Assembly: GCF_964355755.1 (NCBI RefSeq)
Contig: NC_092680.1
Span: 2,480,001-2,544,000 of the forward strand
Length of the DNA: 64,000 bases
Direction of reading: 5' to 3'
Origin: Antedon mediterranea
Lineage: Eukaryota > Animalia > Echinodermata
The position numbers and the translations under genes are program-made. Each line of letters opens with the position of its first letter. Positions within the stretch are counted from its first letter, which is position 1. Positions 53,701 through 64,000 of the stretch are shown here, piece by piece. The notes under the pieces are model-generated. The model saw nothing but the letters and a program-made list of their open reading frames with translations, was not told the origin of the DNA and searched no databases.

Positions 53701-56700
53701 TCCTGATCATTTGCATATTTATCCGATAAACGTATCGTCTTACTTTGCGACAGCTTCTACGTCATCGAAGCCATTTTGTCTGTTACTGTCGTGACCACCT
53801 GAGGTGTAGTCAGCGTCTTCTGGTGAGAGTAGGTTACGTTTACTTGACTTGCAGATCTTGTTGTTGTCAACTTCAATATGGGGTACTGTACCTGGAAGAA
53901 GATCGGTGTTACCATCTAGAAGTAGAAGAAAAGTTGACGGAACTGAACCAAGACAAGCCTAGGGCTAATGGAGGCAACATCGAGGTCGTTTAAGATGCTA
54001 CCAATGCTAGGAGGGCGATCTCCCTGATCAATGTCAAGGGTCATCTGACTGCTGACAAAGACTTTCTAAAGCTCTGTTTACACTATCAAACTTTATGTGA
54101 CAAAAATGTGATGTGCCCATATATGGAACATGATGATGTCATATCACTACCTTATTTGAGCATATACTACCATATGAGCATATCATTACCAAATTTGGGC
54201 ACATCACACTTTTTTTGTCAAGCTGGCTTGATAGTGTAGCCAGGGCTTTAGAAATTATTTGTGTAGAATATCCGAAATATGTGTATGTCAGTTATAGTCA
54301 GTACCTTGGGACAAAATAAATTATTTGAAAAAAAACCGTATACAACGTTGAAATATTGGAATCAAAAAGTATCAAATCAAAAGTATTTTCCTCTGCTCAT
54401 CCAATCGTTTGAAAAACGTTTTATTTTAGCGTTTTAAAAAACGTTTTAAACGTATAAATAATGGTAGACTCCCGTCTAATTTTATGTCCACGTGTTTTTG
54501 TACCACCTGTACAGGAGTGTTTGTCTGTGTTTAATTTGATATTAGTTGATAAACGTCTCGTTTGAGGAGGTGTGTCTTTGGTGACATCATAAAACACGTT
54601 TGAAATAAATCGATTAAGAAAGACTCTTTCTCATTAAATAGTTGTAAGGTGAACGTGCTTCTTATCGTGTATATATTTAACTCATGGTTTCTCTGTTATT
54701 CTATAGCAATACATCCAAAGTAGTCGAGTGGAAGAATATTCATCGCGTAATAAAATATGCAAATTTAGTAACGCGCGACAATGTCTGCAGACTGTTTTGT
54801 GACCGATATATATGACGATAATGCAATAATAGTACAAATAATGCCATCAACACTGGTGCCCGTAAATTACATATTGAAATTCGCAGGCATGTGCATAGTA
54901 TAATTGTGTCGATTATATACAACGGATTTAAAGGAGAGGAATACGATTGCGCCAGCAAATAGGTCTAAATTCATTACGTATAAAAACGTATACTGTATGC
55001 GATAACTATCTTAACCAATCATCTTCCATTTCCATGATCACATGTTGTTTATTCTTATTGAATTGTTAATTACCTATAATAGTGTACCTTGTCTTTTTTT
55101 TTTTAAATCACCCAGTGACATATTTTATGATATGTGCGTTTAAAATATGCGATATAAATTTATTTTGAAAGAACGCGTCAACTTTTCGCGTTCGTGGATT
55201 TATTTGACGGATTCAAACGCGTTTTGCCTTAATATTTAATAATGGGTGTCTATGTTATATAATAGTTGAATATTGTTGACGCATTGGCTTATAATCTGCA
55301 ATACTTACGATTATGACTGTATAGTATTTTTTTCCTAAATGGCACGTTCTTGTATCTCATCACGTGACGTGGATAGCTTTGTCGCAATTGATGTCGTCAT
55401 TTTTGTATGATTACGTATCAACTGTATTGCTAACTTTAAAGCAGTGGGTTTTTTTTAAGTGTTTGCTAAACATAAATATACACAGGTTGAGGACAAGATA
55501 AAACATTGCGTTCGTGTTTTGACCGTTACAGATGATGACGACAAAGATGATGATATAAGTATTTAAATTGAAGATTGTGTGGGTTGTCATTTGTTCTGTT
55601 TCAAATTACAATTGATACCTTGATAGTAGTAGGCAAATTATACAGGCATTGCATGTGAAACACATGTGATTCTGTATCTATAATTACTAGTAGAAATAGT
55701 ATACAACTATACGAAATAATCAATGTTTATGTGTGAAATTTTTTTTTTCATTTTATTAATTTTAGCAACATTAAAACAATACATAGACTTTGAGTGTGCC
55801 AAGGAGTGGCAAAAGAGGTCGAAGGACCACTGTCGCCATAAGGCGTGCCACACCAGCACTCAAAGCATACAATAAAACATAAAACAATGTAAATAAGTAA
55901 TATAAATACTATGATTATATACATTAAAGAAGCATAGTGTTTTTAAAGTGGTCCATTAACATGTTTTTAAATTGTACCCAACTTCCGCAAACAAAGGCGT
56001 CTGTAATATTGACCGGTAGTGTATTCCACAGACGAATAAATCTGGTTGGGATACAATACTTTCCACTATCAGTTTTGGATGCAAGATGTTTAAAAGTCAG
56101 AACATCCAAATGCCTACAATTGATAATCAACATATTTAAAATAAAACTATTCTGTAATTTATATAATATATTTGTAACAAAAATAACGGTAAAATAATCT
56201 CGATTTGATTCGGCTGTCATCAAATTCAATCTAGTTAATTGGTCAGAATATGGCTGATCTAAGATTCGTTGATCTTAGATCATGAGGTGATTTCATGAGG
56301 TGAAAATATAACAAATTTATATCTTCACCTCATGAAATTATTTTTACCATTTCACTTATTTTTACCATTTCACGAATATAAAACATTCATTATTCGCAAT
56401 CGTCCAATCAAATGACAAGAATCTATTTTGGTGTATAAAAACTAATATTTCGAGCTTACCTTTATTAAGGGGAAAAGCCGCCATTAAACTTCTAGATTTT
56501 CTCATTTCTGCTATCATCAGTTCCATACAGCCGCTAAGTTGAATTACTAACCTACGGAATTCTGGTCTTGTATTTGTCCTAAATTTCAAGAAAATAAGCA
56601 AAAGAACCCTTTCAGACTTGCCAATTCTTACTCTTCTTCTAAATCCACCTCATACAGACCATTACGCATACCATGGAGAGAGGCGTAACTATCCACCCCC

Positions 56701-58381
56701 TCCACCCCCAAATTCAGCTCCACCCTGACAATAAATTTCAGACAATAAAAAAGCTCGCCGCGCGTCTAAACAATGACACGCGCAGATTATTCTAGCCAAC
56801 ACATAACGAGAACTAGAAACTTTTGTGGGATATTGATTATACAATAAATAGGCCTTTACGAACCCTTTTAGATGTGGTGATAGTCTTCCTTTGGCCGATT
56901 TAGCTGCCTCAAAGCACTTCAATCTTGCCTTATTTACATCCTCTCTATGTTCATGGTTATCTTCCGTATCACCAATAGAAATTACTTTCTCTCGAAAATG
57001 CGCTACCTTACAATTAAATTCACGTATAAGCTGAAAAATTAAAAATGGTATTACTTATTTACTGATTGAAATAGATAAATGTTTATTATGCGTTTGGACA
57101 ATCGGCAATTAAGTAGACACTCCAGTAGGCAAAAGGTATTTTATTATCAGCCACCTTGTAGGCTATGCTGCGCCTTCAAATCAAAGGATGACATACACGC
57201 CAATCTACATTTATGAATACTAGAGGTTTGATAGACTTGCCCAAGTCTGTATTTTTTATTGTCTTTTTTATGTTAGTCCACCAGTCGACGTTTCAAATTT
57301 TCAAATAAGTATACGTATGAAACGCCATATGTGCAAAATATTTATCCTTTTACTAATATCAATATAAAGTCAAAACAGACTAGGGGTTATTGTATGAAAT
57401 CCCCAAATTATGATTATGCTTTCAGTAATTCCAATAATGAGCACATCTACACCATATACGTTACATGATTGTGTACGCGCAGTGCATGTATCGGTGTTGA
57501 TGTTTCTTGCACTTTGATAGAACTAACGAGAAACCTGGTGGTTTATTTTTTGTAAAGTCGATCATCATAATACCTGCCTTGATATAAAGTTTCTCTTTTC
57601 CGTTGATGGTTTTGATCATCAAGGAAAGCAAGATTCCCATTCCTGATCATGACGTCATACACTCGCATGTTACTCGACGGATGGTAAAATGATTTCGAAA
57701 ACATCTCTGTGAGATTCATTGGTCCTTTCGGAAATTCATGTTTCCTAATTTTTCGACAAAATCCCCGTATAGCCTATATTAATATTTACTTAGTGAATTT
57801 ATTGAAATTGCTTATTCGTCGATTTTTCTTGATCGCTATTGATTGATTAAAATGTATCAAAATTCTAGGTATAGTAACAGGAGGTAGGCTAAATATGTAA
57901 TCACTAAAACACTGAACACGCGAGTGTCTCGCGACAGTATCGAGTATATCAGTGGCGTAACAGCTATAGGCTCTCACTGCTAAACCCAGGGGCTCCATCT
58001 TATGGAGGCCCTGAGCAGTTTCCAGAGGAAAAACAGGCATTAAGATATGTAGAAAAAAGCTAAAAACACGTACTTTGGATTCCTAAGGCAGGAGCCTCTG
58101 ACCTTTGACCTCTGCGTTACGCCAATCGGCGGTCAATGAATGAATTCTGTTGATTGATTGGTACACATATAGGTATAGTCAATATCACAAGATTAACTGA
58201 TATAAACAAATATAAACAAACGAGTACTTACCTTTTCACATTCATCAACATATATATGAAGTGAGCTTCCGTAGTTAATTTCATCGGTTGTTGTAAAATC
58301 GTAGTGCGATCCTCTGGAGCGACTGATGGACGACCGTAGCGATTGCCTACTACGGCATCGCCCGTTCTTACTTTTACTCAT
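50762..58381 (-). CDS. RGS7BP: Regulator of G-protein signalling 7-binding protein (R7BP) ortholog, 256 aa, 6 coding exons
   Basis: Exons 58381-58232, 57030-56864, 56578-56460, 53915-53744, 51466-51402, 50859-50762 join in frame (771 nt). MSKSKNGR..RQSLRSSI, VDECEKLIREFNCKVAHFREKVISIGD and PEFRRLVIQLSGCMELMIAEMRKS match recalled human R7BP segments ([63 protein letters not shown]). The C-terminus is basic and Cys-rich (KPVKKGFVKPSRWCLCATRCCQVE). Confidence 0.9.
50992..51139. mobile_element. Harbinger-like MITE, family A
   Basis: TIRs AGCTCTGTCTGCGCTATCAAA / TTTGATAGCGTAGACAGAGCT with TWA flanks. Confidence 0.82.
51650..51807. mobile_element. Harbinger-like MITE, family A, with TAA duplication
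   Basis: TAA|AGCTCTGTCTACACTATCAAACT...AGTTTGATAGTGTAGACAAGGCT|TAA. Confidence 0.88.
51838..52705. repeat. 62-bp dimeric minisatellite (30+32-bp related halves)
   Basis: About 14 units of GTTTGTCTATTTATCCCCATCACCCTGATA-GTTTGCCTATTTATCCCTATCATACCCTGGCC. A +4-nt variant recurs at 500-bp spacing. Confidence 0.97.
52706..53670 (-). mobile_element. 5'-truncated, frameshifted non-LTR retrotransposon (RTE-X/CR1-like reverse transcriptase C-terminus)
   Basis: Translations VRNGVRQGGVMSPLLYNVYTD, FADDLVLLAPS (53443-53411) and ITFDETKSKCLLF...RANSLNRKFGKCS. There is an (ATGA)n tail at 52706-52717 and an internal 33-bp duplication at 53577-53647. Confidence 0.9.
54070..54247. mobile_element. Harbinger-like MITE, family A
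   Basis: Degenerate TIRs with TAA/TTA flanks. Confidence 0.8.
55740..56260 (-). mobile_element. Decayed 3' end of a CR1/L2-type LINE
   Basis: The translation RFIRLWNTLP resembles the conserved R..LWN.LP motif at the end of CR1/L2 ORF2. It is followed by a short UTR and an A-rich tail. Confidence 0.55.
57950..58126 (+). mobile_element. hAT-like non-autonomous element (same family as 5689-5870)
   Basis: CAGTGGCGTAAC at the left end, GTTACGCCAAT at the right end. Confidence 0.6.
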
Positions 58382-59243
58382 TCAAGACTACGACACTCGT
58401 ACATCCACGGTGATAATTCGCGACGTGGCGTTCACTTTTTTGTCAATATCAGTTCTATAAAACTATCCAACCAATGGCAAAAGATAAGATGTTTTGATCA
58501 ATGAATCAATGTATTCTAGAAATTCTAATTGTACGGCTCCTCATTGCATTCAGGCTGAGTCAAATAATCTATAAATCGGTCGTGTTTTAGCATTGGATAA
58601 TAAAAGTGCCCTTTTTCCATATCTTTAGCAAACACTACTACGATAGCTTATACAATTGCTCTGAAATTGTTGTATCGAGAGAGAAAATGAACCGTTGACT
58701 TTGCCTATGTACTACGTCATACACATCAATATTTGTAGTAATTTATTTGCACCCGCAGATGTTCTTAGTAAGTAAGTCTTCGCCAGGTAGTTTCGATCAT
58801 AATTAAGGCCAGTGGGTTAAGTAACCTTCCCCGTGTACTTAAATTACGCATCGAGTATATCCATAATAAATGTTTACTATCTAGCTTGAAACAATTATCT
58901 GAAAAATAAAAGGTATAGAATATTTTATTTAAGCCTGTGACATTTTTTCAAATCGGTTATAGTTGTATTTGTGTTTTTTTACATCAGAAATGTGGAAATA
59001 ACTATACATAGCTACATAATGCTTGGTTCCTGTTGGAGACGCAACACAAGGACGTAACGCAACGTAGATTTGGATTATTCGAACTGTCTCTTGTCATTGG
59101 TCAAACACGCTTGCGTTGCGTTTACGTCCTTGCGTTACGTCCTTGCGGTAACCAAAGCTGCGATCTTCTCTGTGTTCTAAATTAATCGTTAATTAATCAG
59201 TGAGCAAAGATAAACACTTACCGTTGTATTGACCGAAGACCAA

Positions 59244-59407
59244 ATCAAACTTTATGTGACAAAAAAATGTGATGTGCCCATATATGGACATGATGATCTC
59301 ATATCACTACCATATTTAAGTATATCACTACCATATTTAAGTATATCACTACCATATTTGGTCACATCACACGTTTGTCAAACTAGTTTGATAGTGTAGA
59401 CAGAGCT
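59244..59407. mobile_element. Harbinger-like MITE, family A (left end eroded)
   Basis: Intact right TIR followed by TAA. Confidence 0.8.
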
Positions 59408-61697
59408 TAACACAAAACTAGTCTGAATATGAGGATGAATTTGACCTTCCAATAATTAAAGATTCTCACTGATCCACCAGTTTGTCCTTCATTACAATGA
59501 TAATTTAATTTAAAAAACAATTATTTTATTGAATGTTAGGCCTACAGCTCAAAGAGCGACGGTGTATGCCTATCTGTGCATGCTGTTGTGGTTCTTAATA
59601 TGAACGCAGGCTTACAGTGAACAACTGAATAAAATCGATTGCATAATTAAATTCTATGATAAACGGTTATGATGACGAGGACTATAGCAATTACCGTTGG
59701 TCTATTCAATGTGTGTATAACACAGCTTTTGTAGGTTTTTCTCTGGCATCTCTGAACTCTACGTGGATATTGGCCCGGCACCCTAGCCAAAATGTGCACA
59801 GGTTTCTAAATATTCACATTGGCCTCTTAATGTGAACACGGCCTTGGCGTGTGCACACATGACCCAATCTCCTAATCTACGCGACTACTAGCAGCTGTCG
59901 AGTTTAAAAGTAATTCTGTGCGCGTCTAGAAACGTGAGCATGCGTAAAATGACTGCTGCGTAGTCGCATGTGTCACTACTGTGCCACACAACAAAGAACG
60001 CGCGCGCACTTTCAAATGTTGATAATAATAATAATACGCGCGCGTTTACTTTTAGTTAAAACTCCAACGAATACAAATTGGCAAAGAAGAAATTGATAAG
60101 AACAACAATTATTATTACAATTATTTTCTCAGTATGAGGACAAATATTAATACTTTTACCTTGTGACAGGCCGAAAATGATTATCAAGATTAAGAAGATG
60201 AATGCCATAATAGTCATGATGATTAGGGTTGAGAATGAAATCAAAGCAAATAATGATACATTTAAAACAATAGGTCTCTATACTAACATAATTATATAAA
60301 TAAAGGTAATTGTTTTTAACAATATAAGTGAAAGAAAGTACATAGTAATGTTAAATAAAATAATTTATATAATAATATAATAGTCGTAGAAATAATTAAT
60401 GAAATCGACGTTTGATAGTACATACAGCACGCAAATGATATCAATATATCCTACATTATATATTCAAGTACATCAACTGGAGAACTGATATATTATTTGA
60501 ACGAGATTGAGCAACCGTTTCTCTTTTTATTACCGTCTCCTTCTCCTCATCTTCCTCCTACCTTATCGCAATGTATTATCCGGCCAACCGCAGCATCGTC
60601 ATCATTTATATTCCTTATATTTGTGTAATTATTATTCCTCCAAATATTAATACTGATGAAAATTAATATTTTATTTATAACGTTGAAAATATCAAGTGAT
60701 TATACGCTGATGTAATATCGCGGTCATTCTCGTTGTAGACTTTTCCCAGCGTCAATGTATATGTAGAAACAGCAGTCGTACAGTCATTGCTCGGCTCACC
60801 TCATTAACATACTAGTAACCAAGCAATCCATCCATTCTAACACATAATTGTTAAACTAGCGAGGTCGGCATAAGCCGTCCAAATTGACGATCTCACTGTC
60901 GACAATTATTACGCACAATACAACTACATTGTAAACATTAAGCACTGATTTGAATGAAGACACGTCTAATTTCGCCATTTTATTATAGAATATACATTGT
61001 AATTATTAGGCACATATAGGAACGTGCGCATGCGCAGTAATTTCGATATTTTTATATAATAATTGCATTTTGTAACATCAGCCGATAATCATATATGTAT
61101 ATACTTTTTGTGATTGGTGAATCAGCAAATGATTTGCACTCTGAAGGTTGTGTCTATGAAAGAAGTCTGATGAAATGAAATGTAGACCAAATTACAATTG
61201 CTAGTTGATTCCACGAAATGTTGTGAATTGAATAATTATAAAATACCATCGTTGAGGATGATTTTGAAGCAACTTAAGTACGAATTTTTGGAAACCATAT
61301 CTGAATAATAATTAATTTATCGGTAATAAGGTTTCAGGACGCTGAAATAATTGAACACTTTAAATTTCTGTCAAGAGGAAAACACATACTGTATACGGCA
61401 CCTAATCGGGTTCTTTATACAATCTCGAACCCCAAATAATTGATCTCTCAAAAATTAATTTCGGATTCACAAAAAATTTTAAAAATGTTTTTGAAGATTT
61501 CTTCAAGTTATTTCGTACTTTACTCGATTGTTTACCATGTCAGAGAAGGTTTGTTCATGTCCAATGTTCAGGACTACGTATAGCTTATAGTTTATTCTAG
61601 GTTTCTTCAAGTCCGCAAACAATTGTGTGTTAAACGTTAGGTTCAAATACTTACCGTTGTATGGAAAGTTTCCGCAAGTCTACAAAACATGTCACTC

Positions 61698-62338
61698 CAA
61701 AAGTGCATACCTCCGCCTACTCTAAAATTCTCCTACATAAGATTTCACCGACATTCTTTTATTCTCGTGTCTTAATTAATTCTGTGTGTGATTAGGATAA
61801 TTTCACTACAGCCATGTGTATGTGAGTTTGGTGTGATGGTTATGTAACCAGCCTTTCAACTAACAATAGTTTCAGTTGACTAACAATAGAACAGCAACGC
61901 CAAAAACAAACGAGTGAATTTGAAAAGACATAGGTTTTTTAAACCTAATCGTATAAAAAAACCTGCACATTAAATCAAATTATGTTTTAAAATTACAAAT
62001 CACAAATTATAAACTATTGCCTCTTGTACAAAAGTTTTTTGGACAAGTAATTCTCGTGAAAATGCAATTTCAGTTTACTTGTTACTTTAAGACTGCTCGG
62101 CGGTTTTTTAAAATTGTCTCCTATCTTTCAACACCAGCAGGTCTGAAAATAATACTAAAAAGAGGTCCAGAATTGGAACCTGGTCCGGATTGACTCCAAA
62201 ATTGAATGAAGTGGTCATTGACCACATCTGTATTTTCATTTTGGTAAAGATCTTGCAATAACTTTTTGAGTAATCCTGCTAACAAACAAACAGACACCTT
62301 ACGCGATCGACTACATTATACCTCTTTGGTGGAGGTAA
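61698..62338 (+). mobile_element. HINE/DINE-1-like element, second copy
   Basis: ACCTCCGCCTAC start, ACAA/ACAG microsatellite and ACCTCTTTGGTGGAGGT 3' hairpin. It shares the GTTTGGTGT.ATGGTTATGT..CCAGCCT segment with 41420-41450. Confidence 0.65.
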
Positions 62339-62369
62339 ATTAACAAAATGACCGTTTAACAACACGTAT

Positions 62370-62650
62370 GTCATGGGTTCGAACCCCACGCTGGTCGTGG
62401 CGGAATAGAGTTAAAGGTATGCAACCACTCTGTTTGGGGTTCACAGAATTATATGTCCCCCTTTCCACCACACATCGTAAGAAGGCACTAGCAATGCACC
62501 TGTTGATGATGTGGTGGGACGGATAACCCCAAGGCTGTGGCGCAGGGCCTTAGTGCTGAGGCAGGGAGAGCACACTTTACATCTTTTTTTGGCTTTCGCC
62601 ACCTGTATTTGATAAATTAAATTATATGTTTAGCACCCTAAATTATAATG
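62370..62650. mobile_element. Inverted partial copy of the 30539/46388 repeat
   Basis: Reverse complement of about 46540-46815. Confidence 0.75.
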
Positions 62651-63068
62651 TCAGAAAATTTGCAAAAAGATACCGATGTCCAGTCAGACTAATCAAATTG
62701 TTAAATGTATGTCGGAGGTTCTTCAGGTCCATAACATGCAAAATGTTTAAAGACTTAAATATCTAACCTAGTAGACAGAGCTTTATATATAGCCTCACTC
62801 AAACATTCACTTATTTTTATTGTAATTTTATTCATATTAAAACACTATATATTACAACTTCTTTGAAATATAAATTTCTAACAGTAATGAATTAAATGAT
62901 AAATGAATACGAGACATTAACATTTCTGTTGGAAATTCTTAATAATATGACAAAAATCCAATCCAGATAATCGCTTTCTTTCTTATACCATGAGACAGAT
63001 TCTGTAAAGATATGGTAGATGTGGAAGGAATTGAAGACAGAGATTTTTCCAACTAAAACACAGTTAAA

Positions 63069-64000
63069 TCAACTAATCTCTTTTTTTTCCATTATTGCAA
63101 CATCTTGCTGTTCTTCCCTCTTTGTGTCGGCTATTTTTACGGTACTTGATGTATCCATCGACTGAGATGGGGGTCTGAACTTGGCACCTGGTGGTTTGGA
63201 AGCCATGATTGATTCTGGCACAGGTATGTTAATGATTTCGGGCACCATCCATGCTTTCAACCATCCCACAAGTGGTGTGCTGCCCAAAGTGTAGTGGGTC
63301 TTCTTATGATAAAACAGTAAACCATCAAGCTTTGTCTAAATATAAAACAACAAAATCATTCTGTGTATTAAATGAGTCTACTGCCCTCAACTTTCATAAG
63401 TGGTGGTGCACAGTAGTAATGTTGTGTGTACATTTGATTTAGATCTTTTTGTACTGGTGGACATTATGGTTAATAATTGTTGATTAAAAGCCATACCTGA
63501 AATGGCATTGGGTTGGCCAATACTTCCTGTAAGTTGGTTTTCTCGCACACATAGTATGGTAGCGCTTCAAATTTGATCTAAGTAAAAAGAGTTTAATTAA
63601 ACTAGCTAAAACTACTTCCTAATGCCTAAAGCTCTGTCTACACTATCAAACTTCATGTGACAAAAAAATGTAGACATGATGTCATATCATTACCATATTT
63701 AGGCATATCACTACCATATTTAAGCAAATTTTTTTTTTATCAAACTAATTAGTGCAGACAGAGCTTAACATGATCTCTTTATTGTAAAATATTTACTGTA
63801 TATTACATATTATGTTTTGACAAAAGGCCAAATAACAAACAATTAATAATTTATATTTATTAAGAAATTATTTTCTGGAAATGAAGAAACTTAAATAACC
63901 TACAGGGTTGAGTTTAGAGACTTTTGTAACTTCTGTATTCTCTTGTATTTTACACTGTAACCAATAGAATCTGAACTCTGTGTCACAATCATACACTGGA
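63069..64000 (-). CDS. SNUPN: Snurportin-1 (m3G-cap snRNP import adaptor), last three coding exons
   Basis: Exons >64000-63904, 63577-63497, 63335-63069 give [23 protein letters not shown]|IKFEALP..|[27 protein letters not shown]. This matches recalled snurportin-1 motifs (YDCQTDFRFYW; [23 protein letters not shown]). Confidence 0.93.
63630..63765. mobile_element. Harbinger-like MITE, family A, in a snurportin intron
   Basis: TAA|AGCTCTGTCTACACTATCAAACT...AGTGCAGACAGAGCT|TAA. Confidence 0.8.

Noticed and set aside
60056-60244. 62-aa hydrophobic ORF resembling a small membrane protein
   Set aside because: Low-complexity AT-rich (ATT/ATC) sequence, non-ATG start, and no splice or homology support.

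Overview
AT-rich, intron-rich animal genomic DNA, most likely from an invertebrate deuterostome such as an echinoderm (inferred from gene content and SINE types). Five spliced protein-coding genes can be rebuilt by hand from GT/AG exon boundaries: (1) an RCC1-repeat protein on the minus strand (exons 21.6 kb to 6.07 kb, 3' end not found); (2,3) two intact GH20 beta-hexosaminidase paralogs arranged tail-to-tail (32832-38824 +, 39889-46056 -) with identical 12-exon structure; (4) a complete six-exon RGS7-binding protein (R7BP) ortholog (50762-58381 -); (5) the last three exons of snurportin-1 (63069-64000 -). The rest is non-autonomous DNA transposons (about 14 copies of one Harbinger-type hairpin MITE, plus Kolobok-, CACTA-, hAT- and Helentron/HINE-like elements), tRNA-derived SINEs, decayed LINE ends and minisatellites. 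The most interesting observation is the hexosaminidase pair. It looks like a lineage-specific duplicate, yet one copy carries two hallmarks of the vertebrate alpha subunit (the WYLN-R arginine and a loop three residues longer). The other copy is canonical and has CLEAR/M-box sites in its promoter. This suggests an independently evolved HexA/HexB-like system. All calls are manual and no database searches were run.
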